From NCBI RefSeq assembly GCF_001194135.2, contig NC_068988.1, positions 72,319,073-72,383,072 of the forward strand: 64,000 nt of DNA, given 5' to 3'. Position numbers and translations under genes: made by a program. Numbering within the stretch: the first letter of the stretch is position 1; the number at the start of each line of letters is the position of its first letter. The DNA comes from Octopus bimaculoides (Eukaryota). The notes beneath the pieces are model-generated. The model saw nothing but the letters and a program-made list of their open reading frames with translations. It searched no databases and was not told the origin of the DNA. This document shows positions 36,858 through 49,990 of this stretch, piece by piece.

Positions 36858-37225
36858 AGGCTGTGTGGTAAGTAGCTTGCTTACCAACCACATGGTTCCG
36901 GGTTCAGTCCCACTGCGTGGCACCTTGGGCAAGTGTCTTCTGCTATAGCCTCGGGCCGACCGAAGCCTTGTGAGTGGATTTGGTAGGCGGAAACTGAAAG
37001 AAGCCTGTCGTATATATGTATATATATGTGTGTGCGTGTTTGTGTGTCTGTGTTTGTCCCCCCAATATCGCTTGACAACCGATGCTGGTGTGTTTACGTC
37101 CCCGTAACATAGAGGCTCGGCAAAAGACCGATAGAATAAGTACTAGGCTTACAAGTACCGACTAAAGGCAGTGTTCCAGCATGGCCGCAGTCAAATGACT
37201 GAAACAAGTAAAAGAGTAAAAATAG
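36858..37225 (+). mobile_element. Type-B SINE, full length
   Basis: Close to family consensus over its whole length. Confidence 0.93.
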
Positions 37226-38275
37226 AGTAAAGAGATATAAATGTATGTCTGCAGGTGTGTTATTTGAAAACTAGGTCATCTATTTTAAGCAAATATCTGA
37301 CCGGTACTAAACAGGCAGCAAGCATCAAAGAATTGTAACTCTGACCACGAAAAGAACTGAAATTTCATACCTTCCTAAGTTGTTCAAGATTGCTGCGGAC
37401 AACAGGGGACACTTATGGAAAATTACTACTAGATTTTGTAATGTTAGTAGAGAGGAAGAAACTATATGTTATAACAAAAAGTCATTGACAATATGAGAAC
37501 TTGCGGAAATTATTCAAGCAGAAAGAACAATTCACTATTCTCTATATATTAATAATAATACTAGTAAACAAGATTCACAAACACGCAGAATTCTGGTTTC
37601 AGCATCCCATAACTTTTTTTTTTCTTTTTTTTTTTTTGAATTTCCAGAAAATTTTTGCGAATTTGTGTTCTACACACGGAAATTCATACGATTATGAAAA
37701 GAAAAAATATTTTTAGCTTTTTAAACCTCTCCCCACCCACAAAAGTCCAAAAAGTTCCACTCTTTCAAATTCTATTTTTAAATCTGAATTTAAAATAGAC
37801 AGAGAGAAAAATATTGAAAAGCATCAATACATGTCACAGAAACAATGAAATGAGGAAGGTATTAGGTGGTCGTGAGTTGTGCTGCTAAAAATAACAGTTA
37901 AATTCCAAAAGAAAATGGTATGAAGGGTTTTACGGGGTGCTTGAACCAGAATTTTGCCCATAAAGAAACAGCAATATTGTATAGTAACAGGAGGAAAACT
38001 AAAATGACTGTCTGAAAAGGGAGCTGGAGATGTTTACGATAACTAAAGAATAATTAGAAAAATTAAGGAGATTTAAAGTGAAGGTCTTATTGTAAATATA
38101 ATGAATAGAAAAAATGAGTAGAACATTGAGACTTGAGTTTACACAGAAACTCTAGTGATAATAGAGTAAATGACGCTGGACCTTTAAGAGAAGGTTTCAC
38201 ACTCAGCAGTGGTTCCAGAAGGAAATGGACATGATAGTGATGTAGTGGCTGTTCCATAATTCTTCGATGAACTGG

Positions 38276-39513
38276 TACGAAGTGGTATGAAACAATTCCC
38301 GGACTAGTTCTGTAGCGCGCCAACAGCTAGCACTACATAGCTGTGTGTGTAGTAAAAGCGAGCAGTGACCTTCGTGAGGCAGTGTGCCGAGTGACATTAC
38401 TGTGTTTACTTCGCAAGTTGTGAAATTCGTGTTTTGGGGATCATGTGTATGCTATATATAGTATGAGATTTTGTCATGGACAGAAAGCTGGAACAAGGAG
38501 CCAACGTGAAATTTTGTGTTAAACTTGGGAAGTCTTCTACAAAGACATTGAGCATGCTTCGGCAAGCTTACGGAGACGAGGCAATAGGCCGTACGCAATG
38601 TTTTTGAGTAGCACTAGGGCTCCAAAAGCGGAAGAACATCCCTGAAAGACGATGAGCGATCTGGCAGATCTGCCACGAGCGTCACTCCCGGAAATCTGGT
38701 GAAAATATATCATCTTGTGCATGAAGATCGTCGGAAGACAATCAGTGACCTTGCTGATGTTGTTGATTTATCGTATGGGTCCGTGCAGGCAATCCTAATG
38801 TATGAAATGAACAAGTGACGTGTTTCTGCCAAGCTTGCCTTCTGCCCGCTGACCACTGATCAGAAAGAACATCGCATCGAAGTTTGTCAAGATCTCCATC
38901 AGCGTGCCACTGATGACTCGTCCTTCATGTCCAGGATCATCACCGGTGATGAGAGCTGGGTCTGCGGGTAAGACCCTGAGAAGAAGCAGCAGTCGTCACA
39001 ATGAAAGAGTCCTTCATCTCCACGACAGAAGTTGCAGTTCAATCAAGAGCATGTTCATCGTTTTTATCGACATCCGCGGTATTGTGCATCGAGAATTCGT
39101 CCCCCAAGGCAAAGCTGTCAATCAAGAGTTCCACTGCGACGTTTTGAAGCGTTTGAGAGAGGAAATTCGGCGAAAGCAACCGGATCTACTGAGCCAAAAG
39201 AATTGGATTCTTCACGACGAAAATGCACCCTGTCACCGAGCTCTCCTCACAAAACAACATGGTATCACTTTCGCACCTGCCCTATTCGCTAGATTTAACA
39301 CCGTTATCGAGATGAAGAGCGAATCATAGAAGGTCCTCGACTCGCTTACAGAAACCAACTTCCAGGCCGGGTCCCGAAAGTGGCAGAAACATTGGGACTG
39401 ATATATTGCTGCGCAAGGTTACTATTTCAATGGATGTTATGTTAAAACTTAGGTAAATAAGTTATTTTTTGTTAAACATAACTAATCCTGGAACTTTTAG
39501 ATACCACTTCTTA
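38276..39513 (+). mobile_element. Full-length decayed mariner (DD34D) transposon
   Basis: TIRs TACGAAGTGGTATGAAACAATTCCCGGACTAGTT and its inverted counterpart at ~39480-39513. Transposase pseudo-ORF MDRKLEQGANVKFCVKLGKS...ITGDESWV..DPE.KQQSSQ...FIDIRGIVHREFVPQG..VNQEF...WILHDENAPCH, with stops and frameshifts. Confidence 0.95.
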
Positions 39514-39971
39514 ACTACGAATATCCTTTATTAAGGATATTCCTTAATTTTGTCTCTCTGAACACGGAACAGTTAGCTTAGATGGAAATCTTTACTCAAT
39601 GACATATGCTCCACATGCGCAGCTATACTAGAAACTGCTGAAAGAGACTTTACGCAATTTTTCTTAATCGCTTATTCACTACAGCTAGTCTGCAATTACT
39701 TTTGAATTATGAGTTAATTGCTCTAGAGTGAAACACATGTTTTACTTGTTCATTCTATCTCTCTACCCGCTCAATGATAAATCACACCAAGCTATCTTTG
39801 ACAGGCAAATTCAGTACCGCCATGTCTCAGTTGCAGTTCAAGCCGGAGTTTTAGCTGTAAACTAACCCGAGCAGTAAACTAACATCACGTCATTAGACGG
39901 AATTGTATTTTTATACGTTCTCAAAATATGTATGTATGTATGTGTATATATGTATGTATGTATGTATGTAT

Positions 39972-40082
39972 TTCAGTCCCACTGCGTGACACTTTGGGTA
40001 AGTGTCTTCTACTATAGCCTCGGGGTGACCAAAGCTTTCTGGATGGATTTAGTGGACGAAAATTGAAGGAAACCCGTCCTAT

Positions 40083-40159
<77 letters not shown>

Positions 40160-40240
40160 CGTGTTCGTGTCCCCTACCAACAAAATTCTTCAAAGCGGCG
40201 CCCCAGCATGGCCACAGTCTAATGACCGAAAGAAGTAAAG
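39972..40240 (+). mobile_element. Type-B SINE, 5'-truncated, with (GT)n expansion
   Basis: TTCAGTCCCACTGCGTGACAC.TTGGGTAAGTGTCTTC...GGCGCCCCAGCATGGCCACAGTC. Confidence 0.85.
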
Positions 40241-41759
40241 GATATATATATTGCATTATATCATGTTTGCCCAAAGTATGAAATTTCAGTTAGTTTCCCG
40301 TCACTTCAGTTTAGAAACTATTTTTCCAGAATTTAAAGTTAGATTATTGACTTAGTTGTGAAATAACTGGAATGATTTTACATTATATTCCCTTACAATG
40401 ATTGGTTGCTCTATTATGTCGCCATTGACATCTGCACACACACACACAAAGAGGTGAGATTTACATTCATGCAATTCGATTCTTTTTCTTTTTTATGAAA
40501 GAAAACCAATTCCGTGTGTTAGAGATTATGGAATGGAATCTTTATTACTTTTATTTATTTTACCAAATAAAAAAAAAGAAAGCATAGCTGTATTAGAAGG
40601 TAAACAAAGAAGCGATAATTGCAAGACTTTGGAAAAAGAAACGGATGAGATATTCTCGTTAACTTATTTTTCTTCTGATTTATAATAGGTAATATCTGAT
40701 GAATACAGGAAAGCACATGCCTACCTACGACATCAAAAATTACATTGTTTAGACGGATAAAAACCTGGAAAACTGTTCTCGACTATTGGTAAGAACAATT
40801 GAAAGAGAAATTAACGAAAGTAAAAATTTATCTCAGTAGTGGGTTTGGTGTTTTTTTTTTATTTTTGAAATGTTAATAAGTTCTAGAAGCGTCTTATAAA
40901 TTTGAGCAAAACAAAAAATAGTTGTGAGTAGTTCATTTTTAAATAGTTGATATCTGGAGTTCAACTCCAGGTCAGCCCTGGTTGAGCCAACCCATAATCA
41001 AAGAACAAAAAATGCATTTTAACATTTTACCTATATTTAAAGTTACCTTATGCAATGTGGGTTTCCTTCCGTAAGATTTTTAGGATACTATAAGGAAATT
41101 TGGCTAAGATTTCTAACATATTTTGCGAACGCTTCAATGATTTCAACACGGTGTGACAAAGATAGAAAAGTTAAATACTTTTGCGTGATGTCATCAATCA
41201 TTTCTGATCCAACTATTATCCACTGTCAGGAAAATATTGAGAAAAAATCAGAATAATATTTACCTAAAACTTTCACCGCTTATGCAAATACTGAGAAAGA
41301 AAGCATCTCATTGGTAGAAATCTCCGTAAAAATATGTCTTAACTCTTTGAATTTTTAATTTAGAAGATTTTTGTTAAAGATTTAAAATACAATAAGCTAA
41401 AAGAACACTAATACTTTAAAATATTTTCTTTTCGACATCATCGGTTAATATTATTTTTATTGATTTGATATTGGATTTTATTGTTGCTTATCTTCCTCGT
41501 AATTTGAAATATTCGTTGTTTTTATCAGCACAATTTTTATTTTCAATCGTAAACTTGATATAACTACTTTGATACCGCCTCTTTTAAAATGTTGCCAACT
41601 CTTTTTCACCGCTATACATAGAACATTGCCTACTAAAAATTTCTAGCTACAAATTTATGAATATTTTACATACACATTCGTTTAACCCTTCTTTTAAATT
41701 TCCCACTTTCATATGTTTGCAAGTCCTTTTCATTGAGAAATATTCAATCAAATAATATT

Positions 41760-41900
41760 TTACAGTTTTGAAGAGCATTCACCGCCGATACTTTTGTATT
41801 GAACTCCTTCATGCGATGTCTGGCGTCTGGTTCTTCGTTTGATACTTTCTCTCTTGATAACATGGATTTCGCGTTGCATTTTCGTGACACAGCAACGATA
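41760..41900 (-). CDS. Integrin alpha-like gene, terminal exon (cytoplasmic tail)
   Basis: Acceptor CTTTTTTCTACTCGCCAG|TAT, phase 0 matching the TM exon; 46 codons YRCCVTKMQREIHVIKRESIKRRTRRQTSHEGVQYKSIGGECSSKL*. Best candidate exon downstream of the TM exon. Confidence 0.65.
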   Translation of the reverse strand, partial: YRCCVTKMQREIHVIKRESIKRRTRRQTSHEGVQYKSIGGECSSKL

Positions 41901-42092
41901 CTGGCGAGTAGAAAAAAGATGCAGTTTAAATGTTCAGTATGAAAGAGCTCAATCGAAACTAAAAATAATACATGGTTATCATACAATGAGTGATTTAAGA
42001 TGCAATGAAACAATCTCAGTAAATACTTGAAATCAAACAAATGAATAAACCATAGTTGAAGCTACGGCATTAAATATATACATACGTACGCG

Positions 42093-42153
<61 letters not shown>

Positions 42154-42191
42154 CTATACAAGTAGATAGATAGATAGATAGATAGATAGAT

Positions 42192-42575
42192 GGTGGCACT
42201 CTGTCGGTTGCGACGACGAGGTTTCCAGTTGATCCTAGCAACCGAACAGCCTGCTTGTGAAATTAACGTGCAAGTGGCTGAGCACTCTATAGACACATGT
42301 ACCCTTAATGTAGTTAGTTCTCAGGGAGATTCATCGTGACACAGAGTGTGACAAGGCTAGCCCTTTGAAATACAGGTACAACAGAAACAGGAAGAGGGAA
42401 AGAGGGAAAGTTGTGGTGAAAAAGTACAGCAGGGTTCGCCACCACCCCTGCCGGAGTCTCGTGGAGCTTTAGTTGTTTTCACTCAATAAACACTTACAAC
42501 GCCCGGTCTGGGAATCGAAACCGCGATCCTACGACCGCGAGTCTGCTGCCCTAATCACTGGACCATTGCGTCACC
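42192..42575 (-). mobile_element. Type-C SINE, full length
   Basis: tRNA-like head at ~42575-42505; tail ending GGAAACCTCGTCGTCGCAACCGACAGAGTGCCA followed by (ATCT)n. Confidence 0.92.
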
Positions 42576-42577
42576 AC

Positions 42578-42621
<44 letters not shown>

Positions 42622-43181
42622 CATACATACATACATACATACATGCATATATATATATATATATATACAGGCATAAGTATATGCATACATATGTATATAT
42701 ATACACACAGATATATATGTATATATATATATTTATATCTATAAATCTCTCTCCCTCTCTCTCTCCCTCTCTCTCTCACTGGATATATATATATATANNN
42801 NNNNNNNNNNNNNNNNNNNNNNNNNNNNNNNNNNNNNNNNNNNNNNNNNNNNNNNNNNNNNNNNNNNNNNNNNNNNNNNNNNNNNNNNNNNNNNNNNNNN
42901 NNNNNNNNNNNNNNNNNNNNNNNNNNNNNNNNNNNNNNNNNNNNNNNNNNNNNNNNNNNNNNTAGCGATGGAAGAATTAATCACAAAAGGTAATTTTTAT
43001 ATCCAACTTGGCTACTGTGTTAGAACACCGAATACTGCGATACTAGCATTGAAAGATCCTCTTATATAGGCGCTTGGTGCATGAAAGCACACACATAGAT
43101 CGTGGCAGACGAAGCTAGATATAATGATTACCTTTTGGTATTAATACTGTTTCCATCACAAATAATTAATTTTTAATAAGC

Positions 43182-43223
<42 letters not shown>

Positions 43224-43314
43224 CCAAAAAGAAGAACAAACACAAAAAAAAACATCAACGCGAGGACGTGGTACATGTAAAGTATTAGCAGACGCTGAGG
43301 GAAGGAAAGAAAGA

Positions 43315-43352
43315 TGGTGTAACGTTTCGAGCGGACGCTCTTCTTCGGAAAC
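43315..43352 (-). ncRNA. Degenerate minimal hammerhead-like motif
   Basis: Minus strand: TGTTT-CCGAAGA-A-GAGC-GTCC-GCTC-GAAA-CGTTAC. 4-bp stem II and palindromic AACGTT; U4 replaced by C. Confidence 0.4.
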
Positions 43353-43437
43353 AGGGGCAAGTTCAAAAGAAGAGAAGACAGAGGAAGAATATTGCCAACG
43401 ATTCACATGTGGTTACATGGTTATATATATAAGAAGA

Positions 43438-43827
43438 ATGTGGAAAGAGAAAAAATAGGCAGCTTTGAACAATACGGAAAATTCAATAAAACATATATTT
43501 TGGGCTCAAATCTTATCTTTAGAAGAACAGTCAAAGAAAAGTTCAGTCGTGTTGGATCCGTTATTCTATTTAATCTCTCCAACGTTTATGCAACAGCACC
43601 AGACAGTTACTCGCTCTCCAAACGTTTGGAGAGTGAGAGAGCGACTGCTGCTGTTACATAAACGCTGGAAAGTTCAATTAAAGTAATGGATCCTACACAA
43701 CTGGACTGTTCTTCGTTTGTTCTTCTCTTCTAAAGATGAGACTTTCAGCCCGAAGTATATTAAGGTTTTATTAAACTTCTTGCATTGTTAGAAGCTGTTT
43801 ATTTTCTCTTTCCACATGCTTCAAACG
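43438..43827. repeat. ~390-bp spacerless imperfect palindrome
   Basis: Centre CTCTCCAAAC|GTTTGGAGAG at 43623/43624; arms align out to ATGTGGAAAGAGAAAA (43438) and TTTTCTCTTTCCACAT (43827). Confidence 0.9.
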
Positions 43828-45889
43828 AATTACGACGATCATATAGAAATGGATATTAATAAACAGTCGACAACTGATGAGCGAGTTATCTTCATTTGGT
43901 GTTTTGTCCTGTACTTAATGTGTATTATATATATATATATATATTGCCTTCCGTTAACCCTTGCAATAGTGAGGAATATCTATTTCAGATAATTTTTCTT
44001 ATCATAATCATTCGCTATATAATCCTACAAACACATATTGGCCGGTTTATGAATGACTGACCACATGATATAGCAAATAAATAGTTTACATTCCCTCAGT
44101 TCTAGTCATAAATTGTAACCTTGTAAAACTACTAAATTAACCAATCAAGTGTATATTGTTATTGCTCTTCTGGGTAAATGAAAATCTTTCCATTCTGCGA
44201 TTTTCACTTTCTAAAATATCATTTAAGGAAATTATAGATTCTACTTATTTTTATATCTATCCGTGATCTAACAGTATTAATGAGAAAAGGATAACCTCGC
44301 TTCTAAAGAAGCTTTGATTCTTTGAAGTTAAAAATCCGTAATTTGAACATATCTCTACCTGTAGGTCATTCTCTGATTCAAAGAATATAATCACATCAGC
44401 GAATATAAATGAGCGTCTCAGGGGCAGACCTTACATTATAACTTTACTGATTGCACAAAATTGACATTTTTGTAAGTCAGGATAAAATTCACTGGGAATA
44501 TATGACGAAGTATGGCCATTTTATTTTATTTATTTATCTCGAAGTGGATTTTTATATCGAGTGCGATTTAAACATATGATTGGCTATATAAATAAATTCT
44601 GTGTGAAATTAGTTACTTTTTTAATACATTAATAATGTATCGTTTCTTTGAGGTTTAAACGTCAATCACACAGATAGAAATGTGTTTGCTCGTCCTAACT
44701 GTAAACCTAATGACTGAAATATCGTTTATTATACTTCATTAACAAAGTAAGATCAATAAGAATGAATTCCAGTTATAATTAAAATTTAACTTTACAACTA
44801 ATTTTAACTCATTTGAAAACTTTTTATAATGTTTCATGAGATACTTCTTTCCTCAATAACATACTTACTTTCCAAACTAATTCTAAATATTTCTGTTCAA
44901 AATATTGTGATTCTCTCTTCTTGATCGCTTTCATACAGAAACATAGCAGGAATGAGGGGGAGGGGAGAGGGGGGAGGGACTTTTGCAATAATGAAGTTTG
45001 TTATTGTTGAGAGAGAAATATATATTAAGAGAGAGGGGAATAGGGAGAGNNNNNNNNNNNNNNNNNNNNNNNNNNNNNNNNNNNNNNNNNNNNNNNNNNN
45101 NNNNNNNNNNNNNNNNNNNNNNNNNNNNNNNNNNNNNNNNNNNNNNNNNNNNNNNNNNNNNNNNNNNNNNNNNNNNNNNNNNNNNNNNNNNNNNNNNNNN
45201 NNNNNNNNNNNNNNNNNNNNNNNNNNNNNNNNNNNNNNNNNNNNNNNNNNNNNNNNNNNNNNNNNNNNNNNNNNNNNNNNNNNNNNNNNNNNNNNNNNNN
45301 NNNNNNNNNNNNNNNNNNNNNNNNNNNNNNNNNNNNNNNNNNNNNNNNNNNNNNNNNNNNNNNNNNNNNNNNNNNNNNNNNNNNNNNNNNNNNNNNNNNN
45401 NNNNNNNNNNNNNNNNNNNNNNNNNNNNNNNNNNNNNNNNNNNNNNNNNNNNNNNNNNNNNNNNNNNNNNNNNNNNNNNNNNNNNNNNNNNNNNNNNNNN
45501 NNNNNNNNNNNNNNNNNNNNNNNNNNNNNNNNNNNNNNNNNNNNNNNNNNNNNNNNNNNNNNNNNNNNNNNNNNNNNNNNNNNNNNNNNNNGAGAGGGAG
45601 AGAGAGGGAGAGAGAGGGGAGAGGGAGAGAGAGTGTGTGTGTGAATGATAGATAGGTAGACAGAGTATTGTCACCATAGTAACTAACGAGACTTTCACTA
45701 TACAACAGTCTGCTGCTAACTAGCTGTACAATACGAGGCACATTACAGATAGTTTCAGTAATAACGGTCGTATAATTGTTACGCACTGTCAGCCAGAGTA
45801 CATAAGGCGAGAGGTCCGCCACATAGTTTTGTAGTTTTTTGGTCATGTGATTTTGTAGATTTTTGGTCATGTGATTGATGAGCATCGCA

Positions 45890-46590
45890 GAATTACTCGT
45901 ATGGAAGAAGTAAAGCAGTGCCAGAATGCAAAAAGACAGGGAATAAATGGAGCAGAAAGGAAGAACGAGAGATAGATTAATGTAGCTCGATAAAGACAAG
46001 CACAAGGATAACTTTCTCAAGAACATCGACATGTTTTGGCATGAGAAGCTGGGCAGCATAATGCAGCACAACAGTTTCTTTCTCAAGAAGAACTAGAAGA
46101 AACTGGTACGAGATGCTGAACAGCGTATGACAGCGAAAGAACAATAGTCTCGAGAACAGCGTGAACATATTTTAGAAGGTAACGCTGCGCAACACCGTCA
46201 TGTACACCAAAGGCTTTCTCAGGAAGACAACTAATCCTAAATAATCGAGAAAACCTCTGTTTTGTCGATTATTTCAGCGATACTACTAAAGCTCGGCCGC
46301 ACGACTCATTCCGCTTCAAGTTCCCCATTCCGATAGCATCAACTTCAACGTGTCTCGCCTAATAATGCAACTGGAGTCTTTTATACGATGCTCAGCCGTT
46401 GGTGTGAAATGAAGCCCCAATGTGCCACCGACATCTTCTTGAAACTTTAAATCATACACTTCAGGGTATCGTGAACAATGAGCCACAGCTTGAAGGAAAA
46501 TTATTGGGTCTTGGTGAAAATTTTCGACAAATTCTTCTTGTAGTTTTCAAAATCATTCGATGTTCTCTAATGCATAAAAAGCACTGTGTG
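45890..46590 (+). mobile_element. Helitron fragments (N-terminal charged repeats joined to PIF1 motifs)
   Basis: Repeats of ...SQEE/EQR..., then GRTTHS.F...STSTC and EAPMCHRHLLETLNHTLQGI..N...EGKLL.LGENFRQILLVV (PIF1 WDEAPM and GDFRQ motifs). Confidence 0.85.
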
Positions 46591-47544
46591 CCATCACGTT
46601 GGGCCTTTTAAATATAGATACAGTCCAGTCAGTGGATTTCCACAAGCTTCTGACTACCCATTTTCACTCTCAATGGTTCGGTTAACTCGATGTTATTGTA
46701 GAATACACAAACCCAAGCTACCATGCTGTAGATTAGAACTTGGAATCTCATAACTACAATGTGAGCTTTTAACGGTTTAACTGAGAAACGTTTTCCACTT
46801 TGCAGGGTATAATTAAATTTTGTAAAGAGTAATGACTGTGATAGATTAGTGTTTTATCTAAGGTGTATTACCTTGAAAGCTCACATAAAGTCTAATATAT
46901 TGCAATTGCTACGTAAGACACTATAAGAGGACTTACTTGAATATCTCATTAAAATTCGGTTTAAATTACGTTTAAAAAACATCATTTCAACGTAGGAAAG
47001 TTGTTTTATAAATTAAAAACACATTGATATTCATTCACTTTTATTTCTGTATTTCGGAATGGTCATTTTTTTTCTTTGCTAAATTATCATTTTATAGTAT
47101 TAATATATATTATAGAGAATCAAAATGTTCGTCGTACATCTGTAACCTGGTGACAGATATTTCACCAAATCTGTTAAGTTGTAAACCTAACACCGTTCAG
47201 TTATCTGCAGTTTACTGGTAACTTAAATTTATTCCATCCTGGGTATGAGGTAGGTGAATCTCAAAAAATAATCAATCGGTTGTATAGCTCGTTTTTCGTA
47301 TATTAATACTTGAAAGAGATTATATTATGTGTACCATCGTTAATTAAACAGTGATGAAATAGCTATGTGTACCATCGTTATATAACAGTGATGAAATAGC
47401 TTAATTATGACAGAAGTTGAAATATATAACACAGAATAAGTATGTAGCTGAAAAACGTTCCTGTCTTTCAAGATATGCATTTGGAAAATTTATACAAAGA
47501 GTTAAAATTAATGGTACAAATCAAACAATGATAGATTCACTTAC

Positions 47545-47667
47545 TTTCCATATAAGAAACCACAAAAACATTATACAACAAAAGGCTCCAGCTGCACTGG
47601 CTACAGCCACCCATATATAGTTGATAGGTTTTCCGGATATCATGTCTGCCAAGAAAGACAGCTGAAC
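47545..47667 (-). CDS. Integrin alpha-like gene, transmembrane exon
   Basis: TTTTCAG|GTT...TGG AAA|GTAAGT, 123 nt, phase 0/0: VQLSFLADMISGKPINYIWVAVASAAGAFCCIMFLWFLIWK, typical of the integrin alpha W....S...G.........LWK TM segment. Confidence 0.9.
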
Positions 47668-47772
47668 CTGAAAAGTGATTAACAAAATATATAAACGTAG
47701 AAAGTATCATAAATGTTTAAATCACAATTAGAACATTTATCATACATATAACTTTAAAGAAAGTAAAATCAC

Positions 47773-47871
47773 ATGTCGAGAATCATCGGTATTTATAATT
47801 GGATAAAGATTACTGACGCACGGAAACTCTGAATAGGTAACTAAAGCCAAATAAATACGCCAGCAGTTCAG
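47773..47871 (-). CDS. Integrin alpha-like gene, probable calf-2 exon
   Basis: TTGATTCTAG|CTG...CAT|GTGATT, 99 nt, phase 0/0: LNCWRIYLALVTYSEFPCVSNLYPIINTDDSRH. Donor is weak; position and length fit the expected exon. Confidence 0.5.
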
Positions 47872-48789
47872 CTAGAATCAAGTAAATAAAGAACTTTCGC
47901 AGTTACATTTTGTTCAAATATTGTAACTTCCATATTTTCAGCTTATTATACAGAAAATTTACAATTCAATCCCCCATAACGAATTAAACGAGAGTGTACG
48001 ATCTATACCTATGTTCCGTCTACTGACGTAGTTCGAAGCTGAAAATACGAAGTAACATATGTTCTTTATATGTCACTGTCAATTCCTGATTGATACATAC
48101 AACAGATATGATTTAAACATCTGACATTTTCTCACTAGAGATGTATCGCTCCTACTCTCTCTCTCTCTCTCTCTCTCCCTCTCCCTCTCCCTCTCCCCCA
48201 TTTCTCTCTCCACGTGCGTGCATGCGTGTCTTCCTTCGTACGATTTCTAACTACACTTAAATGACTATATAAATTAGCATGTTAGTACTAGGAATGTGAA
48301 ACTATCGAAACCAAATATTGCTAACTCGACAGTGCAAATCATATAAAATTATAACAATATTTACATAGTTGGAAGAGTTGAAAGCAAATAATAAAATTAT
48401 GAAAGAGCAGATTGTGCTCAGTTTAGAAAATAGACGGTCACAAAATTTTGAATTCAATTTGAATACAAATATGCTTTAAATTTCAGGATAACCATAATAT
48501 AGACAACATGGTACTATAGATTTCGGTTTGAAAACCATGCAACAGAATAAAACAAAATATATTAGAGCGAAAAAATGCAGTTATGTAAATATATTTTTAA
48601 CAGAATTAGTGCCGTGAGTCGCTTTAATCCAAAACGAAACAGGTCGTGGACTCAATATTTCAAGATCTAAGAATTTTTTCTACAAACGCTCCAAATAAAA
48701 ATATTATAAACAAACAACACTATATTGTTAAAAAAATAGAGTCAGTCGCCCAAAAACCGCGGTTCATAATATAAAAAACATACTCAAGT

Positions 48790-49990
48790 TATATGAAGAG
48801 AATAGTTTTCCGAGTAATATGAGAGGCTTCTTTGCCAACATTTTCTGTGCCTGTTCACCATTCAATCCTTAGCAACTTTAGTATAATCACCTAGACAGCA
48901 TGACGGAAGACATGTTGCATCACGTACACCAAAAGTAAAATAACCCACACCTGAAGTTTAACTCTGCTATGTACAACCAAACACTGATTATGACTGGCAA
49001 AAATCTTGGACACCGTGGCCTACCATCTCCAATACGAAACGTAGCTGCAACTTTTAGTCGAGAGACTTTTTATGCAAATGTAACATTCAAGAACTGGAAT
49101 AGTACGTCCTCTAAAGTAAATTACTTTACCTTCCAGGTTAAAGAATCATACACAAGAGACCAAGTAATTACAACATCTGAACGGGAAGAAAATTCTTCCC
49201 TGATGCTTTTGGTATAACAGGCAATACTTTTATGACCAAATTAATTTTGACAAAAGATTTGTTCACTAAAGCAGATTGCTCTTGCAGCGGCCTCATTGCT
49301 TCAACTTTGCTCAGAAGTGCCAGTATTATTCATCACTACGGGTAATGACTGTTGTGTGCAACATTAGGGAAAAGGTGAATAAACAGAGAATCTAAAACAG
49401 GCTATGCTGAACGTATAAGTGTACAGTATCTCCCAGACTTGCATGTGAGAAACAAAATCGAATTTTTACAAACCTCGAACATAATGTTAACATCATGGGT
49501 GAAGTCATTTGTCTTGTTCTCAGTGATTTTAGGTCATTGATACACCTACTGTTAACCTGGTAGTATGCTTCAAAGAAACATATTTGGATACTGGAAGAGA
49601 TACTTTATCTTCCCATCAAAATGACAGTAGCACTAAACAAAAATGTTTCAGCAGCTCAGTTTGCAAATGTTTTACTTCAAAAGAGGGAAATAGTCAGCTA
49701 CCAGTTAACACTGACTGTAGAGATATCAAAATACAAAGCAATTGTGGAATAACTATCAATAAATCCTAAAAGATGTCATTGAATGTTTCAAATGTTACAC
49801 AGAATTATAGATACAATTAGTAGTTTTGTGAAAGTGCTATCCGTGCTTCCAAAAATGACCTTATACTGGATATTAATACCACCATCATTCAATAGGCACT
49901 AGCACAATCCTGATAGACAATCAGTTCACAATGTTATTGGCGTTGACGCTACTGGCGACTATCAAACAGTAATTCGTTTCTCTTCAGCCT
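48790..49990 (+). mobile_element. Decayed Helitron Rep/helicase segment
   Basis: RGFFANIFCACSPFNP, LGHRGLPSP, a degenerate Walker A region (G.TG.TF..KLIL...IALAAAS), VICLVLSDFRSL, SFKETY.W and PKND.ILDIN in the expected order, with many stops. Confidence 0.75.

Noticed and set aside
44280-44390. YGFL...SFFRS frame as an integrin tail exon
   Set aside because: Does not begin at the expected position after WK and lacks a well-placed acceptor.
46880-46985. MFFKR on the minus strand as the integrin terminal exon
   Set aside because: No AG acceptor or pyrimidine tract upstream and no Gly before FF; probably chance in T-rich DNA.
47327-47402. ~38-bp tandem duplication TATGTGTACCATCGTT...GATGAAATAGC
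   Set aside because: Two units only; ordinary slippage duplication, not a CRISPR-like or functional array.
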